Shown piece after piece: positions 37,538 to 52,244 of a DNA stretch of 64,000 nucleotides. The stretch spans positions 15,096,330 to 15,160,329 of the forward strand of contig OZ316898.1 of assembly GCA_973895155.1 (NCBI GenBank), written 5' to 3'. The notes under the pieces were generated by a model. The model saw only the letters and a list, made by a program, of their open reading frames with translations, was not told the DNA's origin and ran no database searches. The first letter of the stretch is position 1. Each line of letters opens with the position of its first letter. Made by a program: the position numbers and the translations under genes. Source of the DNA: Marsupella aquatica. Its lineage: Eukaryota; Plantae; Marchantiophyta.

Positions 37538-40500
37538 CTAGAATGCAGAGATCGGTAACCTTGTGGTGTATTCTCTTAAGGTATCTACATTTGAGGAATC
37601 GGAGTGTACATCACTGGGCTTTTTGAATTCAACACATCTTCTTGCTGGAGATTGTGAAACCAGTGCTTGAGTTGGTTTCATCAGTTTCCTTATGGCTCGG
37701 TTGCAATACTCCTTTGATTCCTGCAAGTCCGCAGAATTCCATGTTTATCAGTTATCTCGTTATTAGCAGCCTACCTCTTGTCTACCATATATAATAGAAC
37801 AAAAAGACTAGCGAAGAGACAGGTCCTCTTGGAGATACAAGGGGATAGGTACAACAGATATAAACAGCTACTCGTCAGCTCGAAGTGGCACACTTAGAGC
37901 ATGATGGACAGATTCAGGCATCCAGGATACATGTCGGGCAATATAGTAGACAGTAGAAGAAACCTGGTCATTCAAACTTTCTCTTTTCAGTAGACTTATT
38001 GACATCTCATATCAGTGATTGCTTTCTGGATGGATGTATATACCACATCAACAGCCAGATCCAGGTGAAAGGCAGCCATAAGGGTAGCAGTTTGCACAGG
38101 TACATATTCGTCCAAAAGGCATTGCATCACACTGAAGCTTACTACGGATGGTTGGTAGGTCAGAAACTCCACCTCTGCATCAGAGGGTCAGCCAAATGAC
38201 AGGGTCAAATGATCCATCTACTTAAGGTCAGAAACTGTGAAGCTACTTCATAAAGTGTGTGCTACTAGGTTAGTCTGTAATGAGTGTGCAGCTGAGAAAG
38301 AAAGACAATCTTGCTCAGGAAATGCACATTTCATAATCTGATCAGCTTTTATATTCCCAATATTTTCATGGGATTTGATGAGGGACTGCTTGGGGATAAA
38401 TTCCTTCTCCTACAATAGACTTCATTGTTGTACATATATGATTCTGTTTTTCTACTAATGTCATAAGTTTCTTGCAGAGGTCTGCTTTGGTTTGGATTGA
38501 GGGAAGTACTCGAATTCGATTGCGAGTTGCAAACAACAATAACTTGGCCTACAATCCTATGTGAGCGGCCACAGATAGTCAGATAGTGTTAGGCACAAAA
38601 GATTACTTGCATTGAAATTAGGATAATCTCAGCGAATGAAGGGAGCTAGACAGTCCTGTAGACAGTGACCTGGGAGTAAGATGCGCATGACTTCTTCAGA
38701 GCGGCGCCTAAGGGCCGTCGAGAGATGAGCCGGGAACCCAAGCACAGTTAGTCGAGCTATCATGTTGGCCAAGAAATCACTTGCAGTCGTGCCGAGTGTT
38801 CGCCATCCCAGTGAACTCAGCACTACGACCTCGATCTTCCGAAATTTCACGATGTCGAATCCGACAGTCACAAGTCCCTGCTGCCCCCCCCGAAATCGCA
38901 GCCAATGTCATAATTAGCACAAGTCTACATGGTTAAATTTTTCAGCTCCATTTAAAAATTAACGAGAGTCTGATATGCTGCTTAAAAAAGGGTCACAACC
39001 AGGCGGACTGAGATTTCCCATTTTGCTAACTCACTAGAGACCCTCACTCAGTGCCTGCGGAGGAGAGATGTCCTAGGCCTAGTAGAATCCTCATTTTCTG
39101 CACGAAATGGCGACTGAGATCATTCAATTCATCGTGTACGCCTCGATCTCCTCGGAGAACGAAGACTACAAAATACGGGCTCGAAATTGAATTCTAAGAG
39201 AAGCTCGTGATCAAACTCCGTTCGCTCCACAGAGATTAAAAGGTATACCAGTTGTCTCCAGATAGCCCGTGAAATACTAATGATTTTCATGCATGCTCAT
39301 TGATTTCGTTGATTGCTTGCTGCTAATGCAACTATATTGGACTAGCCATCTGTTGTCGCGTTTTGATTGAGTAGGGACATCATTCTCACACACGGCAGCA
39401 ACCTAAGTTGCTCGAGAATTAATGAGGACGCAGAGGGCGAAGGTTGATTACCTGGATACAAGAAAGGTGAGGGACACTGCTATCTTCAAGTTTGGCTGCG
39501 ATCCAGACACATGCTGTCGCTGCCATCAGTAATTCGTCGTTGTCCTCGACCTGGAGTCGGCACAAATACAAAAACTCTTTTGAATCAGGTGTGTGCAAAC
39601 GCTCGCACGGGAACAATTGAGTCAACTTTAGTAGAGAGGTAGGTAGGTATCATAGACGAAGAGCATATGCAGTGCCTTGGATAACCATTCTTGACACCAT
39701 CCAGAGCATCGAATGGCCGCAGCTCCCACAACACATATTACTGCGAATTGAACGGGCCACAATGGAAAGTACGCACCTGAGCGTCCACGGAAAGACGCTG
39801 CGAAAGAATCCTGTCAAAAAGGGATACGGCATGAGCTGCCGTGAGGAAACTCAATTGCAGATGCTCCACCACCTGCAAGAGGCCATCAATTGGCCATTGG
39901 CAGTAGTAGACTTTCAGAATTGCTTCATCTGCCAATGACTACAAAATTAGCCTAATTTTGCAAGCTATGAGATATAGCTTCCCATTGTAAGTCAATAATC
40001 ACAATCTGCTATTGAATACAAAATTAATAAGCCTAAGTTTTGCAGGCTATGAGATAGAGCATTTGTATTTGTCCACAATCACCATCGTGGATTCAATTGA
40101 CGTTGCCGCATTCCATCAAAGGAACCAACTTTCTACTCACCTTTAAGATCCACTTGACAAAGTCCCTTCGGATACTGCGAATGCCATTGATCTCAAGCTT
40201 CCGTGCAGAATTTCCTGTCAATTTCTCCACGTAAGCTTCGGAGAGCTGGTAGATTGTGATGGACTCCTTTTCGAGCAGGAACTCCATGGCCTCCCGAAAT
40301 TCCAGCGTGCAAAGAGAACTATTTATTGTGACTCCTATTCTCTCAGGATCCCTTGTACTTTGATCCCTCTCGTGATACTTTGTACAAATGTCGTTGATAC
40401 ATGATTCAGCAGAGACACTGAATTCTAACTTTTTCCTGGACTGAGAGCTGGGGATTCTTTCTGTAGACCTTCGTTCTTTGTCGTCGCAGAAAGGTCCGCA

Positions 40501-41001
40501 AGCTTTGGCAGCCAGTTGCTCACAGGGCAAACTATTGGACTGAAGGGAGTTCCCAAAAGGAGGATAAGTCTCAGCTTCCACACATTCCCAGAGATCATAT
40601 GTTGCAACTGGAAGGCTAAAATGTTGGTCAGGACTGAAATCATGCCAGACGACTCCGTCAAGTAATCCTGCATCGCTCCAACGGCGATCGTCTCCAGCAC
40701 GATAGTCACCAGTTCCCACACCCACTGCAATCTCTTCCGAGAATCCGAATGGAGAAGGGACTTGCTCCACTCCTGTCCAGGGTCTCTGCTGGAGATAATC
40801 GCAGCCTTCAGGCGACAATAATAAGAGGGAGTAGAGATACGGATCCACAGCTCCGCATAAAGCAGACGGAATGTCTACCATCAGAGGAGAAAGCGGCTCG
40901 CCCTCTATCTTCAAGGAAGAGTAATCAGAGTCGTAACTGTGGGGATCGCCTTGAGCTAGAAGCTCCGTACAAAACAAGTCTATTTCCTCTTCCCTTTTCA
41001 T
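37538..41001 (-). CDS. D-type-like cyclin; exons approx. 41001-40141, 39872-39777, 39550-39452, 38877-38670, ~38174-38043, ~37721-37538
   Basis: N-terminal LFCTE (LxCxE). Cyclin box RRDFVKWILKV..AVSLFDR..ACVWIAAKLED..IEVVVLSSLGW, and C-fold FLTYQPSVV. Consensus in-frame splice sites. An upstream in-frame ATG exists at 41121. Confidence 0.85.
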
Positions 41002-43572
41002 TCTGCGTGCTCTTTTACTGCTTGACCTGGATAATGAAACGTTCTCAGATTTACGCAATTTTGCTGTAGATGTCCTCCGAGACACTCGACATTTCCCTCG
41101 GGGCAAGTCGCGCACACACATTTTGTAGTCTGGTGTTTGAACTTCGACTCGTCTCTCAGACCTGGGTCGAGATCGCTACAGCTGTCCGGATTGTGCCACA
41201 ACTAATCCATAAGCCTCTCGTTCGTCAATAAAACTATATACGCAATCTGGGTTACTGTGCAAATCCTTCAATCTGGGTGCATTCCAAGAAACGAAATCTA
41301 TCCTGTATGTACAAATTGCCTTCGAGTAGCTCAATTTGAATGGCAGCGCTGACCAAATTGTTATATACTTGGTCTGGAGGGAGAGAATGTTTCCAGAATT
41401 GGCGTGGCGTACGTGAGGTGAACTGCCTAAAGAAAATGGAACGCCGGATCAGGTGCGTGCCAAATTAAAAAGGCTCTATTAAGAAACGACACGACCATCG
41501 TCGTTAAGTCTCGAGAGGATAGATGAGATGATCGGTAAGGAATAGATGGAGCTTACCTACCGCTCGACTTAAATCTAAGTATTCATTTCATGCGAACAGT
41601 AGTCCGCGTAGCACGAGCTTCAGCAAGCTACTCTAACTGAATGAGGGGCAAGGCAATAGAACACTCACATGCATTTTAAAGCGAGCTGTGGCTATGCACA
41701 GAAGCATCTTCTCCCGCAAAATTCACGGGGAAGAGCTAGCTAGTCATGCCAAGAAACGAATGACGTAACGGGCTGTATGCTCGGTGAATTGCTGTAACAG
41801 AATTGCGTGCTACAGCAACTTGCTGCCGGGCCTCCTGCTCGTGTTATTTAGTACAGTTGGGAAACAAACGAGCTGCGCGAAGGAAAACCGACAGAAGGGA
41901 CAGCAAGGTGAGGGGTGACGAGGTCCAATGTTCATCAATGACACGGTTTCCTACGCATACAAGATTAATTGAAGGGTTGGGTGGGAAATTGATGTGCGGC
42001 TTCAGAAGCTATACAATAGCAAGGTCAGCTCGATCCTAGCGCTCACTTGTAGCTACAGTTGCTCATACGGTACCGGTACAAGTAACAGTAGAAAATGCAG
42101 CGAGTCATGAGACGACCCTACACAAGAGCCACACTAATGGTAGTACGCATGACCTCCGCAGTGATGAATGAATCCGCAGTGCTGAGTGATCATTAGATCG
42201 AGCTCCACCAGCTCCAAGTGGGCGAGCTGTCCAGCACCACCGTAGTGGGGAGCTGAGTGCTGGACCTTGAGGGAGGAGAGGTCCCAAGAAAGGCAAAAGC
42301 GCAGGAGCAGGTCAGTTGAACGGAATTGAAGCGTCGCATCGTTGACAACGTGCTTTCATTTCCAAGGTAAGTTTCACCCGCCGGTAACATCCATACCGAG
42401 TTACCCCAACGAGCCCAACTTATTGCGCAAGATCTTTGCTCAATCTGTGACCGCCATATCTAAATAGCGCTGTACTGTGTGGGGCAGTAAACAGTCTTTT
42501 GTACGGGACGCCGTCTGGTGATCCTCGACTAGTCGACTGTCATGTGGTTTAAAGTTCAAACTGCTTTCTATCGGGATGTGAGATTTCCATGCACTGTACA
42601 AAATCTGGGGGAAATCTTTGACTGAACAGCCAAATCTCATCTAGTTTTCACCGAGTACTGACGGCTGATTGACATCCAGGGCGATAAGCACAGTCGTTCT
42701 AGAGCGATAGGGTAGGTGCACGAACATATCAAAGTGAACGGCCTTCCGGGTTCGGTTCCAGTGGCAAGGCCTACCTGTTCAACGATTTCTCAGTTGTGGT
42801 GAGATCTTCTTCATTTCTGCGCCTGTTTGCACCCATTAAACCAAAGTAATAAGGTACATGAGGATGAGCCTTAGGAGACACTACTGTCTTACTTGGCTTG
42901 CTTGAACCTCGAAACGATATCTTCGTGGGATTTTTTTTGAGTTTTGTCTCTTGACAAGACTCTTGCAGTGACGCCGTCGTAGTTGTTCCTGTGTCGTTTA
43001 AGTTAGGTAGTCAATTAGTTCGCTGCGGGGTGGGGATTGGTTTCTACGCTTGAAAAACGTTGCTCATCCAGCATGTGAGGATTTAGGGTTTGTTTCATTT
43101 AAACCCTGTCCACATTCTTCAGGATGAAGAGTCGTAGAAGACGATTCTTTATAAATTCAGCGATAAACGAAGAAGGTTCGAACTGAGATCAAAGTCGTAC
43201 AAACTTACACATATGAAATTTTAGTTGGATCGAGCTTGAAATTACAGTTCAGCTAGTGCAATCAAGAAGATATCTAGAATTGTCATGACCGGAGAGTGCA
43301 CATTGGGAACTCAGCTTTTCATGGTTCTGTTGTGAAAACATTTTCATCATATGGAAACTGAGAATATCTCGTATAGTTTTATAGCCTTGGAAAGTGGGAA
43401 CCCGAGCTTCATTTCAATACAATTGAAGAAATTGTAGTTGAGAAATTATTGAAGGTAGAAATCTGCACTGCAAATCCCGAGATCCAGGACTTGGGCACCG
43501 AGACATTACGATCTCAATCCTTTCGATAATCTTTTCTACATTTTTCATCTCTTTCTTTATGCGTCAATAGAT

Positions 43573-44210
43573 GTGTGCAGGTGGGCCCATGCTTGGGATT
43601 TTCCTGAACATGAATGGCCAACACACCCAACCAAGCTAAGAGCAAAACTTGAGCAAAAGGCTTTGCACAAACTTTGGCATGAACCTAGCCCCACGGCAGC
43701 AATACTACATGAGAAATGTGAACCCCATGAAGAAATATCGAGAACAAGAATATTTATCTAGCACTATCTCAGTACAACTTAGACAACTTATTGCTCAGTA
43801 TAGACTAAACTCACACCACCTTGAAGTAGAACAAGGGAGATGGAAGGATATTGACAGGAAAAAGAGGGTTTGTCAACTATGTGATAGCTCTAGTATAGAG
43901 CTTGCAAGTTTTATGAGGGGGTTAGGATGGCATCTCAAATCTTGGTGAAAGATTTGTATGCATTATTTGGTCTGCCCCCTCACCAACTTGGAAGATATAT
44001 CTTTGCGATGGATAGGGAAAGGAGAATAGGTTTGGAAAATCTTTCAGGGCTCTCTAGGTCCATAGTTTCTTTGAGGACATAGTTGTCCTCTTTTGAGCAA
44101 TCTCTTTTGGTTGCTCTTTTCTTTGATTGCATTGTACTTTACTTTTTGTGGCAGCTCCTTTGACTTTCATGGTCCCGGAGCTTATAATACATTACCATTA
44201 CCATTACCAT
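43573..44210 (+). mobile_element. 3' fragment of a non-LTR retrotransposon (LINE)
   Basis: LIAQYRLNSHHLEVEQGRW..R..RVCQLC is typical of the post-RT C-terminus. A short (CATTAC)n tail lies near 44190-44210. Confidence 0.72.
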
Positions 44211-46513
44211 CTTCTTTCCTCGCTAAATTATACACTATATTACTTATCTAGCATAGGTAATTACGAGTACAATTCACAATCCCAAATGTTTGGCATGTCG
44301 TCCAATCCGAGGCGGGCAAGCTCTTTAAGCGTCATTAAGTCTACTCTGATTAAGGGGACCAGAAATCGAATGTACTCTAAAGGGATCGAAGGATTGAGAC
44401 ATTCCTCTCATGGGACTTGAGTTTAGTTCCAAGCGTTCAGTTGCTCCGCGATCCAACTAGGAGCTGTCACTTTCATCTTTGACTTTATCTACAAAAACCC
44501 ACCCAACAGTAGATACTAGGCGGGCTCAGGTACAAAAGCAGTCCAGCAAAACATCAGGTTTGTAGCTGGGAACGCAAGACTGACCTTCCAAAAAGTCTTT
44601 GCGCAAGTGAACGAAAAGACTCGGTAATTTACTACTACTTTGATAGAAAGTGGCCGTGATAGGACAAGTGCAACCTGAATTGCTGCAAGATCTCAATATA
44701 TGCAAGGAGAGACTAGTAGCAAAACTCATAGACATGATTCTCCATTAATGGAAATTGGACTTGATTGGAAGTGCAACAACAATAGATGCAACGAGGGGCC
44801 AGTAACAAAAATGTTCCCAGAGATATTTTAGCATTCTTCAAAATTTTGCAGACTACGAGAACTCTTTTAGCATATACGACATAACAGTTTCAGTAGGACT
44901 AACCAAGTACAATTTTGAAACCAGTGTTGGCACTGGTTGTTTTCATTCCGGTGTATTTGACTTTGTGAGGAAAACTGCACAAAAGCCCGAAGTGTGACTG
45001 CACAGCCGGAGTGAGATCTTGATGAGTGCACTGTTGTGTGGGTTGCAATTTTCTGCTTATCCTCATATATTTGTGCACTAGAATTCATCTTACACTGTGA
45101 AGGAAATTCAGGGAGTAAGTGAGATCCCTAGGAGATACCATTGACTATCGTAGACTTACCACTTCGAAGCGCCCTCAAAACAGCGGTTGGTTCCCAATCA
45201 TTCATGTGCCAACTGTACTTTCTCTTTATAAGTGAATCTCATTAGGCGCAACTATTCAGAATCAAGAGCTTAGACTGAGAATCAGAGACTATTCGTTGCA
45301 AACAAAGAATAGGCAAGGCTCGAATACACCGCAGGTTCAACCCAGCACATTCATTATCCCTAGCGCGATCAGACACAGAGGGATCAAAATGAAAGGCAGT
45401 GCACTGAGTTCAGACATCAAAGATCAACTTACAGTGGACTGCACTCATAGCCTCCTCGATAACAAATCCCTGTAGAGAGGTCAGGAGGGAGTTCGGCAAC
45501 AGTTGAGCTGCACTGGTTTCACAGCCTCCGTTATAACAATTTACGTACAGAGGTCAAAGATCCGCTAATAGTTGAGAGATGGCACTGAGACTTACTCAGA
45601 GACATCACAAGGGCATCAATTGAGAGGTCACAGAGAGATTACATTCGGGTATCAACAGAGCTTGGGAAACTGACAGTTGAGAAAGCACCACAAAAGTTAG
45701 TCTGCCGAGTTAGACTCATAGAAACTGGACCCACGTACCTTCAGAGCAACAAAGTGACCAGCACACCTGACGAAAGGGAGAACACTAATTACAATACAGG
45801 ATAACGTGAGCTTCGATTTTAGTGCAGTTCAAGTTGTGCAATTTGATGGGGCCCGACATCAGTAGTTGGTTTAAAATATATACAAAACGACCAACTTAAA
45901 CTGCATCCTTGAGCAGACATTCTTTTGTGACCACATTTCATGAGAATGGACACGAGCTAATAAGAGCCTAGCCCAATCTAGACACATTGTCAGATTTGCC
46001 ACAGCTCAACATCAAAGAGGATAGCAACATCAAAGAGGAAAGAAAGATCTCCACCCTATTGGGAGTCGTTTCGCACATGTAAGAGCCCAAGGAGAGTATT
46101 GCCACCACGCTGGGCAAACGTTTTTCGGATACCCCACTCACATAAACTCTATTCAACAAGTGTTCCAAGGTTGGTGGGAGCCGCTCGCCCAGTTCTAGGG
46201 ACAAGCCGTCAAGTTATAACATACAGCCACAGAAACACATGGAAGACTATAAGACAAATCTTCAGTGTAATATCTTAGCCACCTTCCAAGGGGTCAACTA
46301 GACCTAGAACACCCATTGTGCTACACCGTAACAACTTAATTTCTTTGCTAAGCTGCTCTCAGCTCACTCTTTCGCAATCTGCTAGCTCGATTACAACAAA
46401 CACGGGGATTGGAGAAATCTCTGGATTTCCACTCTATTTTCCTGAAAAGCTATTCTAAGCAGTTAACGAGTGAAGTACAACGGCGCTAAGCATTGACTTC
46501 ATCTCTAGGTCTC

Positions 46514-49500
46514 CTAGTCGGCTTCTGTCACCTCCTCTACTTCGCCTGCATCTAACGCCACATCTATTATCCCATCTCCGTCTATCACCTCATCCAGTTC
46601 AAAAGAGATTTGTTCGTTTGGCGGGCTTTCCTTTGAGAGCACATTAGGCTTTGCCAGGATGGATTGAACTGCAGTGTGATCTTCATAATCAATTTCTTCG
46701 TCATCCTCTTCGAGTTCCTCCTGGAAGATAGCGCGCGAGGATCAGCATACTGAAAAACATGTCATGCTTTGCGCCTATCACAGTAAACAGAAGGATCGGC
46801 AATGCCTCAAGGTCTAAGAATGAAGACACGGGCACCCCGGCAGTTCTCGTCTCTGACAGAACCAACCATTGTCCAAGAAATGAGCATAGGAGCGGATGAA
46901 TACATAAGCTCCAGCTTCACTATAATGCTATGCTGGCAGTGCCCCTCCGATAGCCAAGCTCAAACAAGGTCGCCTCAATGAACCAGAACTTACATGACTT
47001 TCTTAAAATTGCACTTACAACTCTTCGTCAGGGAATTAACAGGCAGGACTGGAATGATATGCATCAAATAGTGGAACGGAAGTAAGAAAAGTAGAGAGAA
47101 CGACCTCATCATCATCGTCTCCAATGCCAACATCTCCCCCTACTCCTTCAAACATGTCAAGCTGCAATCCCAAAGACAACAGCGGATTGGAGTGACTCGG
47201 TCAAAATGACGAATACCTTACTCTCTAAGGGAATAAGACAGAAGAAAACCCGTGTATCTGCTTGTACAATAACGGCGGTTCATCCAGATGACAGATGTAG
47301 CTCAACACAAAATTACCAAAACTCCAAGATCCATTTCGGTAGCAATATTTAGAGTTAGAGACGGATTTACCTCATCCTCGTCTATCTTCTCCTGTTCAAG
47401 CATTGCCTTCACCTCCTCTTGTGTAAGTAATCGACCAGACTGCGCAACAAATGTCCATCCAACATCCAATGAGAGATGGCTCGTCAATGTGCATGGTCTT
47501 GGATTTCCATTACATGAGAACACCGTTGACTTCTTTAATTAATTACAGATCCCATTTGTGCATTTCATCGGCCTTGTAACCCGAAAATTGCAGGCTCCTT
47601 CAACGTGTAACTTGAACATTGCACCTGAAGATAAGTTTAGATGCAATCTTACCTCACGCAAGATATCCAAAATGCTTGGAATCGGCTCATGCATGTTTTC
47701 ATTTCTATAATCTGCAATAGAGTCTGGATCCTGCTCATAATTAACCGTTGGATATACTGGATCACCTCCCCAAACTGCACACGACAGAAGTATTATTGAA
47801 ACTCCGAAGAGTAGCTTTTGTTCACCACCCAGACACGGAGACTAAAATCATCGCAGACCTTGTAGACCATGAATGCGGGTTCGTAGAGGCCGTGAGGGAG
47901 ACACCAAATCCATACAACCATTAAAACCAAAAGACTTGGTACAGTCGTACCCGAAAGGTAAGCATTAGACTGTTCATAGCTGTTTAACAATTCCTTGAAG
48001 ATAGAGAGAGACTACATTTTAGAGTCCATGTGTCGCAATGAGAACACACGACTGGAAGTATAATTATACCAGAAAGCCCACATGATCAAGGACATGGGAT
48101 AACATGCAAACGGAAGTCACAGTAAGTTATGTTCAGCTAGGTAAATATCTGGTCTCAGTCTAACTGACCATAGCAATCTAAAATTTTAGCATGTAAGTAA
48201 TTGGTTGTATGCATTATGAAATGGGATTGTTTTAACATCATGAAAACACATGCTGAAGCGGATTGAAAACAGGTTACCTTGACCTTCAACTAACCACGAA
48301 TCCTGTCCTCAGACAACAGTTTACACCGGATGATATTGACGAGACTAGAGCGCACCTTGCTTAATCTGATCTTCGCGCATGCGCATTGTCAAGGGATCCC
48401 GTCGTATCCGAACATCTGTCCCCATCATTATTCGATACTCTTCGGCTGTTTGATAAGCAAACATGTCGAGGAGTTGAAGACCTTCGTCCTCACCGGTTTC
48501 CTCAAAATGTCTCTGTACAGCTTCCTTGGAGGTGTCCCCCTTGTAAGCCTTCACCCATTCCTTGTAATATGCTAAGGGTCCAATCTCTTTCTTTCTGGCC
48601 TCCTCGGCTTCCATTCTGCATGTAAGACAAACATTGCAGCTTTGCTCTTATGAGGACTGCCCAAATAACATGGACAAGACTACATATACTTTATTAGTCT
48701 GTTATCTTAGATTGAAGCTAACAGAATGGTACAACCGCAATAGGTTACGGCACAGTAATGCGCCGCTTCCTTAAATTTGGATGAACCGTACGCATTGTGA
48801 GGAAATGACTAAGCAACCTTTCATTGTAGAACACTCGCTTACGTGCTCGTGCAAGCGTTGCTTCAGCAATGGTTGGCTTCTCCCCAAACAGCTTGATCTG
48901 ACCAGTTTCTGCCATAGCTGCAGCCATTACCTGCAAAACACAATTCCTTTCTCAGCTCGGCAATCAACTAATGCGACACCAGGACTACAGACGGATTAAA
49001 TGCCACAAGCATTATCAAAATTTCCTTGGAACTGGTCCAGATATTTCTGAGAATTATCATCTGCTTAAACTGGAGGGGCTAATGTGCAATCAGAATCTCG
49101 GTCAGAGTGCACACCTATTAACATAATTCTTTCCAAAACCAAGAGAATAGTTTCCCTTTCAATAGATCATAAAAACTTTAAGTCGTCCTCAACTATGGAG
49201 AAAAAACAATTCAGACTTTGCGATGAGATGGTAGTCTCATAATTTCCCACAGGTGAGACGGAGAAACACAAGCACCTTCGGACATAAAATTGAGACAGAT
49301 TACAAGAAATACTTTCAAATGGAAGAGAAAGGAACACGAGAGGTGAGTCCAATGAAAAGCAAGGAGATTTAGCTCATGGAAGGGAAGCAATTGCGGAAAA
49401 AACCTTTCTCACTGATAGATTTTTCTGGCATTTTCCTGGCGACCAAACGTACCGTATCACTGTCTCCTGCTCGTTTCTGCCACGCACTCCAAGGCTTCTT

Positions 49501-50697
49501 GCCAGGAGGAGGTTTTTGCCAATTCCACCAAAGCTCCTCGTTGGTCAAAGGCTTACCCATATCATTCTCGTTGGCTTTGCCACCACCGACAAGTGCGTAG
49601 CCTCGATCTCCAAAACCGCTTTCCCCAAAAAGATTTCCCAAAGAGACATCTTCATTTCCTTCTTCCTCTCCTTCCCCAACTTCAGACACACCACCGTCCA
49701 CTTCTTCTGCCTTCGCATCCTCTTTGCTCTCCTTAATCACTTGAGCTATAGACTTGTATGTGCCAGCTTCCTCCTCCGCCCTAAATTTGTCCTTAAGAGA
49801 TTCCAGCTGAGCAATGTTCGCTAGTTCTTCTTCCGATAGATCCTCGCTTGGGTGCTTGTCTGGCTCTACCCAATTCTCCTTCTTCTTCCTTTTCCCGCCA
49901 GCTCGGGTTCTCTTTCTGGGAGAAGGTCGATCAATATCGCTGGCTTCAGATTCACCACTCTTCGCCTTATCATCACCAATGGACGACCTTGGGAATCTCT
50001 CAACTGCAGCAGAGGACGGTGAACTTTTCTGGATCCGTGACAAATCCTCCCCCCAGAATGCAGCATTGGGAAGAGGATTTCGGAACCCATATGTAGGGGA
50101 CGGCTCGCCCGTATTAGGATCGATGTAAGACACGTACTCAGGTTGCACAATTGGCGAGTTGAAAACTGCATCTTCAGGGATACCCATCTCGTCAAGACCC
50201 CCATCGTCGACACCGAACTGGTCTCGACCAAACCTATTACGGCCATTCTTATCAAACCCGTTCCCATCATAAACCTCATCATTATCATCGGGATCGTCCT
50301 CATCTGAGACTTTCGCCCGGCACACATTCCAATGACCCATGACAGCCAATGATCGGTTAGTTGCTGGCTTTAATGATAACTTATGTAACCGCTGCTGAAG
50401 CGAGATGCTTGTCCCAGGGAAGGTAGCAATGCGCCTTCTAGTCGACAACACCATCTTCAATCCGACTACTTTCCGTCTTGCAAAACTTTTCTTCGTCCCT
50501 CCTAATGCAGACAGCTCTAGTGGCCCCCCATTCCTGTCAATCAAAGGGCCCGAGCCTTTGGTCCTCCAGAAGAAAACGGCCTCGTTAAGCGCCATCGCCG
50601 CTTCCCACGCACGCATATGGAGCACAGGAGAGACCTCCCAACCGGATGGATCGGTAGAGTTGCTGGAATATGTCGTGGTCCGCCACAAATTGGACAC
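46514..50697 (-). CDS. PTAC12: Plastid transcriptionally active 12 / HEMERA / PAP5; multi-exon
   Basis: LTNEELWWNW.KPP.., AMAETGQIKLFGEKPT, EIGPLAYYKEWVKA..EETGEDE..EYRIMMGTDVRIRRDPL.MRMREDQIKQ, WGGDPVYPTVNY.QDP. Last exon 46720-46514. Start codon uncertain. Confidence 0.92.
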
Positions 50698-52244
50698 ATA
50701 CGAGCAGAGCGAAATTCAGCTCAGCACAACTACACTAGCTCCAGCAATGTGATTGCCGCGGGCACGAGAACTGTAGTGCTCCGGCCTCATCATCGTCAAC
50801 TCTGCCTTTCTTGTCCACTCCACGGCCAACCTGCAGAATTCATTCATGAATAAATCGAGCTAATTGAACGGCTGAATTTCGCCTACTTCCAACTGAAACT
50901 CAGAGAAAAACCATGCATACTAAATCTAAGTACTATTCCCCTCTAGAATGCCTCCACATCAACTGCAAAATCTAGGGAGCGAGCGTCCATGTCGAGGAAT
51001 ACAGGGCCCGTGGATGCTCAGGAGTAAGGGGATGCGCAAACACAAAAGCACTGAGCTAGACCTGGAGTGAGAGACTCCACATGCTTGTAAGGTTAAGCCC
51101 ATTCGGACAGGCCTTCAAGCGCAGAGAAGGAATGAATAAACTGAAACGAAACTGAAATTTGAAACCATAATGGAAACTGAAAACGAAATCAAAAATTGAA
51201 AAACCCTGTTCAAAGTAAGAGAATGCAAAACCCAAAGATGGCAAAACCCCAAATGCCCGAAAGCAAAGCGAGAGGAAGCCGCCCCCAAGAGAGACAGAGA
51301 GAGAGCTAACCAGAGACGCTGGAATCCGCAGAGGTCAGACGAGATTCACGAGCGGACCCCCGAATCTCACTACAACAGAATGCAGGTGAGGCGAGCTTCC
51401 TCGACCTGGCTGGCACATAATCTCTGCTTGGCCATAAACCCTGCCTTGTCTGCTTCTCTTTGCTTAAACCACAACTCCTACTATTTAAGGAGCTGTGGGA
51501 CAGTACGGCCATAAAGGAGTATCAAACTTTAGTGAAAGAAAGGACATATATGCTTGATGGCCCTCTACGGAACCTTTCTTACCTGATGGGCCCCTATGAA
51601 ACTTTTTTTACCCAAGCCCTCTGTCAGTATTTTTCATCAGAAGTTCTTATCATGGGCACTATAACGGGATTTTCCGCCTTGCAGTGACCAACCACGTTTT
51701 TAAAAAAGACTATGGTCAACCATGACTCCAGGTAAACTGCACAGTCGGACCGTGCGGTCGACCCTGCATGGTCGATCGACAAACCACGGAAATTATCCGG
51801 GACAAACCGCGAAAAGCCGCCGCTGCCAAAACTGCAATGTGAAGACAATATTCATTATGTCTTCGGATTGGCAATTTTACCAATGGCTGGGTAGTCATGA
51901 CGTTTGCTTGTATGGGCTTTTTGCTGAGTCAACACCGTGCAGGAGAAACACGTGAAACCGCGGACACGAAGTGGGAGAAACACGTGAAACCGGGGACATG
52001 AAGTGGGAGAACCACGAAAAGCCGTCGCCACTGCCCAAGCCGCGACTTGAATACAATATGGATTATGTATTCAGATTGAAATTTTTACCGTATCGCAGGG
52101 TCGTCATTAGGTTTGGTTTTCACACGGTGCACACGGGTTTTTCACGATGTTTTCATGTGCGGTTGACAGCGTTAGTGCGGAGTACCTGCGGAGTACCTCC
52201 AAATGTGCACAGTGAATATTGAAGTCCAATGATCACAGTCTCCT

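Noticed and set aside
41800-42700. Short ORFs upstream of the cyclin
   Set aside because: No homology cues; more likely promoter or 5' UTR.
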